Position numbers and translations under genes: made by a program
Shown here: in pieces, positions 1 to 8,498 of the stretch
How positions within the stretch are numbered: the first letter of the stretch is position 1
Layout of the letters: each line of letters starts with the position of its first letter
Assembly (NCBI GenBank): GCA_965208835.1
Contig: OZ242358.1
Span: forward strand, 2,848,001-2,912,000
Origin: Candidatus Latescibacterota bacterium
GTDB taxonomy: Bacteria > Latescibacterota > UBA2968 > GCA-2709665
Reading direction: 5' to 3'
Length of the DNA: 64,000 nucleotides
Notes under the pieces: model-generated
The model's input: only the letters and a program-made list of their open reading frames with translations
What the model was told of the DNA's origin: nothing
The model's database searches: none

Positions 1-1
1 C

Positions 2-502
2 GTTAAACTGGACGGGAAATTACAAACCGATTCGCGATATCGGAATGAGGCGTTCGATCCGCCGCACGGAACCCTCAATATCGTATTTTCCGACGGCGAT
101 ACCGCCGCAAATGTTACCGCGCCCGTCAGCCGTGCCACCATAAACTGTCGTCCTATGCCAGATCAGAACTGGAAGCCGATCATTAATCGCATGGTACGAC
201 TGGCGGACAAACACGGTGTTCAGATTCAAGTGCCGAAAGTCCTCGATCCGCTGAGCACACGCACCGATTCGCCGATCGTCCGGGAAGCGCTTCGGATCGC
301 CGAAAAGCGGAAACCCAGGACCGTCTCCTACGGAACAGATGGCATGGTGTTTGGAAAAACGATGGAACTGGTCGTCATGGGGCCCGGCAACATTCAGCAG
401 GCGCACACCGTGGACGAATGGATCTCGCGGGACCAACTCCTCAAGGGTTCCGATGTCTTCACAAAAATGGTACATCGATTCTGCGTTGAGAATCCCGTCT
501 GA
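2..502 (+). CDS. M20-family peptidase / acetylornithine deacetylase (ArgE-like), 5'-truncated by window edge
   Basis: Frame open from window start (…FDPPHGTLNIVFSDGDTAANVTA…CRPMP); C-terminal YGTDG and GPGNIQQAHTVDEW motifs typical of M20A/ArgE. Confidence 0.8.
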   Translation, partial: VKLDGKLQTDSRYRNEAFDPPHGTLNIVFSDGDTAANVTAPVSRATINCRPMPDQNWKPIINRMVRLADKHGVQIQVPKVLDPLSTRTDSPIVREALRIAEKRKPRTVSYGTDGMVFGKTMELVVMGPGNIQQAHTVDEWISRDQLLKGSDVFTKMVHRFCVENPV

Positions 503-528
503 CATACCTGACATTGGACGGTCGGCGG

Positions 529-557
529 CCGGATGGGCTTTTTCAACGGGCTGTTAA
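529..557. repeat. Terminal remnant of MITE family A
   Basis: ccggatgggctttttcaacgggctgttaa matches the right end of the 35893-36052 element plus TTAA (1 mismatch); rest of element absent. Confidence 0.75.
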
Positions 558-622
558 GCCGCACGACGTTTTTTCGAAGGAACCTGGACAGATTCCCTCG
601 ACCTGGCCGAGGAGGAAACCGG

Positions 623-1183
623 ATGTTAAAAACCCTGACCCGGGCGCTGCTCGTCGGATCGACCGTGGCAATGATCGCGAGTTGTGCGGACGAGAAGCAA
701 TACCAGTTCGGTCTTCGAGGTAAGTGGCAGCTGGAGAGCCGACGACTGCCGGACGGAAACGTACTGGAGCCACCCGCCGTGGGCGGACACTACGAGTGGT
801 ATCCTACGGGCAAGACATTAGCCCATGTCACTGTGTCCATTTCTCTCGGCCCGGACCAGATTCAGGTTTCCGGGTATACGTACAGCTTTCAATCCGAAGC
901 AATCGAACCGCAAGCTTTCACCCGTCTGGAGTATCTTGGCGTTGGCGGCGGTTACGGCACATCGCGCCAGACGACGGATCAGTCGACTGACACGCCGGCA
1001 ACCGGTGAAATGGTCGTGAATGGCAACCGCGTTACCCTCGAATATGCCAACGGCACGGTTCAGGTTTACGAGGATGTCAGCGCCGCGGCGACCGAAAACG
1101 TCGTCTTTAACGTCAGCTTCGAAGACGGGACGACCGACACCTGGCGACGATTCGCGGATCAGCCTGGCGTATTGCCCAAATAA
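623..1183 (+). CDS. Putative lipoprotein, beta-rich (lipocalin-like), unknown function
   Basis: GGAGGA RBS before ATG 623; signal peptide ending in lipobox-like IASC; GKWQLES motif like a lipocalin first strand. Confidence 0.65.
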   Translation: MLKTLTRALLVGSTVAMIASCADEKQYQFGLRGKWQLESRRLPDGNVLEPPAVGGHYEWYPTGKTLAHVTVSISLGPDQIQVSGYTYSFQSEAIEPQAFTRLEYLGVGGGYGTSRQTTDQSTDTPATGEMVVNGNRVTLEYANGTVQVYEDVSAAATENVVFNVSFEDGTTDTWRRFADQPGVLPK

Positions 1184-1216
1184 GCCGGCCGATCGGCCTG
1201 ACCGTTCGGAAACTTC

Positions 1217-1256
1217 AGGGGCGCGGCGAAGACCGCCGCGCCCCTTTGGCTTTTTT
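1217..1256 (+). terminator. Rho-independent terminator
   Basis: Perfect 12-bp stem aggggcgcggcg/cgccgcgcccct with 5-nt loop, followed by ttggctttttt. Confidence 0.75.
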
Positions 1257-1270
1257 CGGATGAGGCCCGG

Positions 1271-2812
1271 ATGGACAGGATGTTATTGGGGAGTATTCTT
1301 CAACGAAACGCCCGGGACCCGGGTCTGAAGTGCAAAACGGCCCTCATTTTCGGCAACCGCTCGCTGACGTACGGAGAACTGAATGCGCAGAGCAATCGCA
1401 TTGCCAACGGCCTTATAAGCCTGGGGGTCCGCAAAGGGGACCGAATCGGCGTCTTGAGCCGGAATTCGGACGTCTACGTTGCCGTCTACTTCGCACTGGC
1501 CAAGGCGGGCGCCATCATGGTTCCCGTGAATTTCTGGTACCGCAGCAGGGAAATCCGCTACACGTTGCAACAGTCCGGCGCCCGCGGCCTGATCTACCAG
1601 AGCCGGTTCGGAGACGTAGTTGGCGGCATCGGAGTACTGACCGGACTCGAGTGGACGCTTACCATCGGCGACAATCGCGGCAATCGTTTGGAGGATCTGG
1701 CGGCAGGATCCTCATCAGACAATCCGGCGGTAGAGCTCGACGAGAACGACCCGCACATCATCCTGTACACGAGCGGCACGACCGGGTTTCCCAAAGGCGC
1801 TGTCTTCACGCACAAGAGCCACTATCTTCAAGCCCTCTCCCTGGCCCTGTCGACCAGAGGGCACAACGCCGACGTGGGCCTGGTCGTCTACCCCCTCTTC
1901 CATACCGGCGGGCCGGACTGTCTGGTGCTTCCTCACTTCCTGACCGGCGCCACGCTCGTCATACTGGACGGCGCGGACCCCGGTGACATCCTGTCGGCCG
2001 TTGCGCAGCACAGGGCAACCAACATTTTCTGCGTGCCGACCGTCTGGCGCTGGATTCTTGCGCGTCAGCGGCTGAGAAATCACGACGTCTCTTCGGTACA
2101 GCGCTGCCTGGGTTCGTCGGATACATTTCCCGCGGCCCTGCTCGAGGAAATCCTGGCGACGTTCAAGTCCGACGTCTATGTCACCTACGGGCTCACCGAG
2201 GCCGGCTGTATCCTGACCGTATGTCGTCTGGGGTCAGGCGACCTCGGTAAACTCGGCTCGGTGGGCCGGCCGATGGCCTCGGTTGAACTCGACGTTGTCA
2301 ATTCGTCCGGGAATCCGGTTGCACCGGGCGAGGTCGGCGAGGTTGTCGCGAAAACCGCGTCCGCGATGTACGAATACTGGAATATGCCCGAGAAGACCGG
2401 CGAGGCGCTGAAGAGAGGCTGGCTGCATACGGGGGACCTGGGCAGATTGGACGACGACGGCTATCTCTATCTGTCCGGCCGCGCAAAGGATGTGATTATC
2501 AGCGGCGGAGAAAACATCTATCCGCTGGAAATCGAACGTCTGTTGAAGGAGAATCCGAAGATACGCGATGCAGCCGTGGTGGGCATCCCGGACAGAGAAT
2601 GGGGTGAGTCCGTGCTGGCCGCGGTCGTGGCGAGTGACGGCGCAGACCTCACCCCCGGCGAAGTCTCCGATTACGTGCGCGCCCGTCTGGCGGGATTCAA
2701 AAGACCGAGATGGGTGGAAATTATCCCGGAACTCCCGGTAACCACCGCAACCGGAAAGGTGCGGAAGGCCGTGTTGAGAGAACGGTTCCGGGAGAAATAC
2801 GGCACGGCGTGA
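1271..2812 (+). CDS. AMP-binding acyl-CoA synthetase (long-chain fatty acid--CoA ligase family)
   Basis: YTSGTTGFPKG, YGLTE, HTGDLG, ISGGENIYP and TGKV motifs of the ANL superfamily. Confidence 0.9.
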   Translation: MDRMLLGSILQRNARDPGLKCKTALIFGNRSLTYGELNAQSNRIANGLISLGVRKGDRIGVLSRNSDVYVAVYFALAKAGAIMVPVNFWYRSREIRYTLQQSGARGLIYQSRFGDVVGGIGVLTGLEWTLTIGDNRGNRLEDLAAGSSSDNPAVELDENDPHIILYTSGTTGFPKGAVFTHKSHYLQALSLALSTRGHNADVGLVVYPLFHTGGPDCLVLPHFLTGATLVILDGADPGDILSAVAQHRATNIFCVPTVWRWILARQRLRNHDVSSVQRCLGSSDTFPAALLEEILATFKSDVYVTYGLTEAGCILTVCRLGSGDLGKLGSVGRPMASVELDVVNSSGNPVAPGEVGEVVAKTASAMYEYWNMPEKTGEALKRGWLHTGDLGRLDDDGYLYLSGRAKDVIISGGENIYPLEIERLLKENPKIRDAAVVGIPDREWGESVLAAVVASDGADLTPGEVSDYVRARLAGFKRPRWVEIIPELPVTTATGKVRKAVLRERFREKYGTA

Positions 2813-2818
2813 CGGGGT

Positions 2819-3721
2819 TCAGGAGTCCTGCAAAATCTTCGTCCCGCTCAGATGTTCTGCCGCCTTGCATACCGCCGAAAAATCCATTTCACCAGCTCCC
2901 AGACCGCTCGCCGCCGAGTACATCTGGTATGTCGCCGCACCGATCGGCATCGGCACGTTCAATGCCTTACCCAGGTCCACGCCGATCGCAAGATCCTTCT
3001 TCATCAGATCCAGCATAAATCCGGGTGCAAAGGAGCCCGCCAGCAGGAAGTCCGATGCACGGATCTGAAACAACGTCGAATTGGCCGAACTCACACTGAT
3101 GACCTGGCGCATGACTTCGGGGTCGGCGCCTGCCCGGATACCCAGGATCAAGCCCTCCGCGATTGCGGCCATGTTGATGCCGCCGATCAGCTGGTTTACG
3201 ATTTTCACGGTCTGCCCCACGCCCACGGGCCCGACGTGGAAGATGTTTTCCTCGTTGCCCATCGCCCTAAACAACCCGTTGCACCGCTCGAAATCGTTCG
3301 CCTCTCCGCCGGCGATGATCGTCAACGTTCCGTTGATCGCCCCCGTATCGCCCCCGCTCACGGGCGCATCCATCACCGCCACGCCCTTCGCTTCAGCCTT
3401 CTCTGCGATCTCCTGGATTGTGAGTGGCGAGATCGTGCTCATATCCACGATCAGTTTTCCCTCGGACGCGCCCGACAGCACCCCGTTGTCGCCGAGGATC
3501 ACTTCCCTCACCTCCGGATCAGCCGTTACGATTGTTATGATGATATCGGTGTGCTCCGCGACCGCTGCGGCGGACGCGACCGCCCTGGCGCCCAGCCCCT
3601 CCATCTCCTCAACGACCTGAGGACGGCGCGCGTAGAACGTCAGATCGTACCCGGCCTTTACAAGATTGATCGCCATCGGTTTGCCCATGATTCCCAGACC
3701 GATAAACCCGACTCTTTCCAT
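2819..3721 (-). CDS. beta-hydroxyacid dehydrogenase (2-hydroxy-3-oxopropionate reductase / 3-hydroxyisobutyrate dehydrogenase family)
   Basis: GFIGLGIMGKPMA, DMSTISP, DAPVSGG, catalytic K in VKIVNQ, KDL motifs. Confidence 0.9.
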   Translation of the reverse strand: MERVGFIGLGIMGKPMAINLVKAGYDLTFYARRPQVVEEMEGLGARAVASAAAVAEHTDIIITIVTADPEVREVILGDNGVLSGASEGKLIVDMSTISPLTIQEIAEKAEAKGVAVMDAPVSGGDTGAINGTLTIIAGGEANDFERCNGLFRAMGNEENIFHVGPVGVGQTVKIVNQLIGGINMAAIAEGLILGIRAGADPEVMRQVISVSSANSTLFQIRASDFLLAGSFAPGFMLDLMKKDLAIGVDLGKALNVPMPIGAATYQMYSAASGLGAGEMDFSAVCKAAEHLSGTKILQDS

Positions 3722-3827
3722 CTGAACCTCCTCTCGTCTGACGTGATCATCCCTCTCGGGATGGGGTGACTGCGTCCACCGAAAACCTCATGGGAAGGGT
3801 CCGGAAGGCGTCACCAGCGTCTTCCGT

Positions 3828-4907
3828 TTATCCACCGTCAGTGCGGCGGGTCTGCAGGACCATCAACTGACCCACAGGGTTTTCGACAGCTCCCAGCGGA
3901 CGCTGCTTCTCTTCCGACCAGATATCGTTTGCCGTAATGTAGAGATGCCCGTCCGCCACCTTGTTATAACACAACTGCGGGTATCGTGAACGAGGCACGT
4001 CGGGAATCAGCAGATCGAACGTATCACTCTCAGGGTGATAGGCGATAAAGCGGTCCATGAAGTGATAGGGCAATCCGTCCACCCCGATGTGCGGATCTTC
4101 TTTCTGCTGAATATAGTCGCCGGTCTTCTCGTCGTACCGGAATCCCGAATCGTACGTGCTCAGGTTGTTCAATTGCCATCCCCCGTAGAAGACACCGCCG
4201 CCGATGAAACCGAAGTCCTCCTTCCAACCCGGTACATCCCGTTCATACGTCTCACCCGTCCGACGGTCCAGCCGGCTGAGCCGACCGTCGCTGTAATTCA
4301 CGACAAACGGCTCAGCACGCGCTCCCGGTCGCGACGGCGGCGCGCGACGGGAATCTTCCGCCAGGAATCCACGGCTGTCGGGATCGTAGTACACGCGGCG
4401 CTGCACGCCGTCGTTTCGCGGAACCGCGAATGTCTCCAGCCGCTCGGGCCAATCTACCTCCCGTATGTCCGGCAGCACGCCAGGCGCCGGATACTCAAGG
4501 ACCTCCCCCTGTTCGGTCTCAACGTCCCAAACCACCAGACACGGCCTCGACCGCTCAGGCATATAGAGTACGTTTCGCGTCTTATCCGCGTGACCATACC
4601 ACAGATTCGCCTCCAAAAACGGCTTACCGATCTGGTAAACGCGTTCCGTCACCGTGTCGTAAACCGTCAACATGGGATTGGTCTGCGGCAGCACATAGAC
4701 CTTCCCGCCGGCGCAGAGACATTGGCTTCCACCGTGCTTGTCGGGGATTGAATACGTGTGGATTTGCCCTGACTCAGGTTTGTACCGGTGGAGTACAGAC
4801 AGACTGCCCGTAAACCACAGCGCGCCGCACTCGTCAACGTCCATTCCGTAGACGCGGGTATTCTTCGCATCCAACCAGACCGGATACATCCTTGGCAGCT
4901 CGGGCAT
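3828..4907 (-). CDS. Hypothetical protein, probable beta-propeller
   Basis: 359-aa ORF with repeated short beta-strand/aromatic patterns (GALWFTG, GKVYVLP, LTVYD, LVVWD, GHLYIT); no signal peptide. Confidence 0.55.
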   Translation of the reverse strand: MPELPRMYPVWLDAKNTRVYGMDVDECGALWFTGSLSVLHRYKPESGQIHTYSIPDKHGGSQCLCAGGKVYVLPQTNPMLTVYDTVTERVYQIGKPFLEANLWYGHADKTRNVLYMPERSRPCLVVWDVETEQGEVLEYPAPGVLPDIREVDWPERLETFAVPRNDGVQRRVYYDPDSRGFLAEDSRRAPPSRPGARAEPFVVNYSDGRLSRLDRRTGETYERDVPGWKEDFGFIGGGVFYGGWQLNNLSTYDSGFRYDEKTGDYIQQKEDPHIGVDGLPYHFMDRFIAYHPESDTFDLLIPDVPRSRYPQLCYNKVADGHLYITANDIWSEEKQRPLGAVENPVGQLMVLQTRRTDGG

Positions 4908-5163
4908 CTCTATTCCCTGTCAAGCTTGACACGAGTAAGGATTGTCCCTGGACTCGTGACGTTACAGCAGACCAGGGCAACGGAATTTTTCAGTTGGACT
5001 GCAGGCTTTATGATATTTCGGTTTCGACTTGACTTTCGTCTATTAGTAGGTACCATTGGGCCGCCTGTCAACGTGTTTTCCATGTCGCGAAGGTCGTTCG
5101 GCGGCGTCCCGATTGTCCGGGACCAGGCCGTCTGGCGCCACTCCAGTTGGGATATTGAGCACG

Positions 5164-6696
5164 ATGTCCCCACCTCCTCTATTGGCTGGAATCGACATAG
5201 GCACCACGAATATCAAGGCGCTTGTCTTCGATACCGCCGGCCGCGTTCAGGCCTCGGCAAGCGTGCCGACGCCAACCCATTACCCCCGACCCGGCTGGGC
5301 CTATCACACGCCGGGTGAATTGTGGACATGCACGCTGAACGTGATACGGGATGCGGTATCGCAACTGGAGGCAGCCGACCCGATCGCCAGCATCGCCGTT
5401 TCAAGTATGGCCGAGTCGGGCGTACCCCTTGACGCCGCGGACCGCCCCACCGCCGACATCATCGCCTGGTTCGACGGGAGGACGTCAAGCCAGGCCGCGT
5501 GGCTGCGCAAGACCCTCGGCGAAGAGCGGATCTACGCCATAACGGGGCTGTCGCTGGAGCCAATCTTCGGTCTCTGCAAGATCCTCTGGCTGAAAGAAAA
5601 CAGCCCGCAGGCTTACGCGAGAACGGTCTCGTGGCTGAACGTCGCAGACTATATCGCGTTCCGCCTGTGCGGGCATAAGGCAACGGACTATTCCCTCGCT
5701 TCGCGGACCCTCGTCTACGACCTTCACCGGCGGGATTGGCATTCAGGCATGCTGGATGAAGCGGGGGTATCACGCGGTCTCTTTCCGCAGGCAGTACCCT
5801 CCGGCACGTTGCTTGGCCGTCTCCTGCCCGACGTTGCGCGTGCGACCGGCCTTCCATCCCGCGTTCAGGTGGCAACCGGCGGGCACGACCATATTTGCGG
5901 GGCGCTTGCCGTTGGCGCCACCGAGCAGGATACGCTGCTGAATTCGCTCGGCACAGCGGAAGCGCTCTGCATAACGGGCGATCGCGCGTGGCTCAGCGAT
6001 CAGTTTGCACGGCAGGGGTATACCACCGGAGCCCACGTCGCCCGGGATCGGTACTATTTCCTCGGAAGCATCTACACCTCCGGGGCCTGCGTTGAGTGGA
6101 TCCGCAATCTTCTCGGCAGCAACGTCGACTACGGCACCCTTGTCTCCGAAGCGGAACTGGCCCCTCCGGGAAGCCTGGGCGTCCACTTCCAGCCTCACCT
6201 GCGCCTCGGCAATCCTCCAAACAACGACCCCGAATCGAGGGCCGCGTTCATCGGTCTCACGTCGGACGTAAAGCGGGGGGCCATGTTTCGCGCCGTACTC
6301 GAGGGGTTGGCCTACGAAAGCCGGCTCTGCCTCGAAGCCATCGTGTCGCACCCCGAAATCGACAGGCCGAACCGAATCGTGGCGATTGGCGGCAACACAC
6401 GAAACCGGCTTCTCATGCAAATCAAGAGTTCGGTGTTCAATCAGAGGATCTCGATTGCAGACGTGGAGGAATCCGTCGCCCTGGGCACCGCGGTACTGGG
6501 CGGCCTCGGCGCGGGCGTTTACGCGGACATCGACTCCGCTTTGCACGAACTGACGTACGACAGCTGGACGGTAGAGCCGGACGCAGAACAGGTCGCGACC
6601 TACGAGACCGGATTTCAGACCGTGTACCGCGGAATATTCCCGGCGCTTCAATCCCTGCACCATAGCTTGAGAGATGCCCGGAAATCGGAAGGGTAG
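5164..6696 (+). CDS. FGGY-family carbohydrate kinase (xylulokinase/fuculokinase-like)
   Basis: GIDIGTTNIKA, TDYSLASRT, GGHDH, SLGTAE, AVLEG, IGG motifs; start placed at ATG 5164. Confidence 0.9.
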   Translation: MSPPPLLAGIDIGTTNIKALVFDTAGRVQASASVPTPTHYPRPGWAYHTPGELWTCTLNVIRDAVSQLEAADPIASIAVSSMAESGVPLDAADRPTADIIAWFDGRTSSQAAWLRKTLGEERIYAITGLSLEPIFGLCKILWLKENSPQAYARTVSWLNVADYIAFRLCGHKATDYSLASRTLVYDLHRRDWHSGMLDEAGVSRGLFPQAVPSGTLLGRLLPDVARATGLPSRVQVATGGHDHICGALAVGATEQDTLLNSLGTAEALCITGDRAWLSDQFARQGYTTGAHVARDRYYFLGSIYTSGACVEWIRNLLGSNVDYGTLVSEAELAPPGSLGVHFQPHLRLGNPPNNDPESRAAFIGLTSDVKRGAMFRAVLEGLAYESRLCLEAIVSHPEIDRPNRIVAIGGNTRNRLLMQIKSSVFNQRISIADVEESVALGTAVLGGLGAGVYADIDSALHELTYDSWTVEPDAEQVATYETGFQTVYRGIFPALQSLHHSLRDARKSEG

Positions 6697-6786
6697 TCTG
6701 TACCCGAGTCAAACTGCACAATCCGATTCGCAGGACCGACCGCCTGGCGCGGATCGCCAAATAAACTGGATTTAAAGGGAGTATCC

Positions 6787-7773
6787 ATGGACACCATCAA
6801 CTGCGCCATCGTGGGATACGGCGGCATTGCGCTCTTCCACACGAGGGCGTTCCTGCGAATTCCCGGGGTCCGTCTTCGTACCGTCGTCGGACGAAGAGCC
6901 GGACCCGCCGAATCATTCAGGGAAGCGTGGGGCTATGAGAACGCTACCACGCGCTACGAAGACGTCCTGACCGACCCCGATATCGACGCGGTCGTTGTCG
7001 CATCGCCCAGCGAGGCGCATTACGAACAAACCCGGCTGGCGCTGGAGGCCGGCAAAAACGTACTGGTTGAAATCCCCCTTGCGCTAACCCACAAGGGCGC
7101 CGCCGAGATCGCCGGCCTCGCGGGCAAGTCCGGGAACAAACTGCTGGTTGCCCATACCCGCCGTTTCAACCGCACGGGTCGGTTTGTAAGGGATTTTGTC
7201 GCAAACGGCGAGGCAGGCCACGTACACCAGCACCATACGCACGAATTCCAGTTGCGCCGCGACAACGTCGGTTGGACGGGCTACAGGCGGAGCTGGACAG
7301 ACGATGTTCTGTTCCACCACGGTTGCCATGTACTCGACTACTCACTCTGGACCATCGACAGACCCGTTCGCCGGATTCGCGGCGAACTCAGCCCGCTCGA
7401 CGCCGGAACCGGTACGTCACTCGACGTCAGTATGCTGCTCCGATATGCCACGGAGACCATTGCAGCACTCAGTCTTTCCTACAACGCCCGATCAGGGGTC
7501 AACAGCAATATCTACCTGTGCGACGCGGGCACCCTCATCGTCTCCGGCAACCAGGTCACGCTAAACGGCGAAACCCTCTTCCGGAGCGACGACACCCTGG
7601 ACGACGACGTCCTTGTGCAGAACACCGAATTCATCGAGTCGATTCGAAAAGACAGGCAAACGGAATGCAGCGCCGAACACGCCCTGGAAGCGCTGGGTTT
7701 GCTGCAGCAGATTTACGATCAGGCCATCACGCTGGAAGGAGAAAGCAAGTACAAAAGAATGTGGGAAACATAG
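6787..7773 (+). CDS. Gfo/Idh/MocA-family oxidoreductase
   Basis: VGYGGIA Rossmann motif, ASPSEAH, VEIP (EKP variant), HHGCH; GGGAG RBS. Confidence 0.88.
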   Translation: MDTINCAIVGYGGIALFHTRAFLRIPGVRLRTVVGRRAGPAESFREAWGYENATTRYEDVLTDPDIDAVVVASPSEAHYEQTRLALEAGKNVLVEIPLALTHKGAAEIAGLAGKSGNKLLVAHTRRFNRTGRFVRDFVANGEAGHVHQHHTHEFQLRRDNVGWTGYRRSWTDDVLFHHGCHVLDYSLWTIDRPVRRIRGELSPLDAGTGTSLDVSMLLRYATETIAALSLSYNARSGVNSNIYLCDAGTLIVSGNQVTLNGETLFRSDDTLDDDVLVQNTEFIESIRKDRQTECSAEHALEALGLLQQIYDQAITLEGESKYKRMWET

Positions 7774-7937
7774 CCGAAGGTGTTCACCCCGTTTCGCTTC
7801 CGCCACGTATTCCGGTCCCGGAGGCGAAAAGACGTCGATGACAGGACTGTCTTCCTGTACCCGCGAGCGGTGTGGCCCATCCGACGCAAATTGCAAGAAC
7901 GTCCCCGCCTCGAAAAGGTAACGGAGACCCGGTACCG

Positions 7938-8474
7938 CTACAGGACCATTTCAACCAGCCCTCGACTCCTCTTGTCCAACGCGCCGAGATCCGCCACTTC
8001 GAACCGGTTGCCGTCCACGTCCAGAATCAATACACGCTTTTCGTCCAGCCACCGGGCGTCTTCTCCCACGTTCTTTACGACGAATTCGCGCCGGCCCCGA
8101 TCCGTGGCAACGTCCCAGTATGAGACCCCGTATTCGCTGCGAATCGAGTGGACTCGTTCAATCCGTGAGGTCAGATACCGCCGCGCGAGTTCCTCCCGGA
8201 TGATGTCCTGATACGACGCCGGCAGTTCGTGGACGTCGTCTACCATACAGATCAGCTCGTCGTTCGCGTCGAGGAAACAGATGTACCTGTCCGGCTCCGA
8301 CAACGGGGCCGCACGGACGATCTTCACCCTCAGATACGAACGATCGCCTTCGATGGTCATCCGCAGATGCCAGGCTGGTTCACGGAAGAGCCTGATTCTC
8401 GTGGTATCCACATTCTGCGGATGGGGCACGTCGATCGGCGTGGGTTTCCATCCGTCTTTATAACTCGGATCCAT
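7938..8474 (-). CDS. DUF1854 domain protein
   Basis: RAAPLS, ELARRYL, WDVATDRG, DVDGNRFEV motifs; paralog of 39914-40420; directly downstream of an ABC transporter. Confidence 0.8.
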   Translation of the reverse strand: MDPSYKDGWKPTPIDVPHPQNVDTTRIRLFREPAWHLRMTIEGDRSYLRVKIVRAAPLSEPDRYICFLDANDELICMVDDVHELPASYQDIIREELARRYLTSRIERVHSIRSEYGVSYWDVATDRGRREFVVKNVGEDARWLDEKRVLILDVDGNRFEVADLGALDKRSRGLVEMVL

Positions 8475-8498
8475 GTTTTCGTGCGATCCTCAAGCCTT

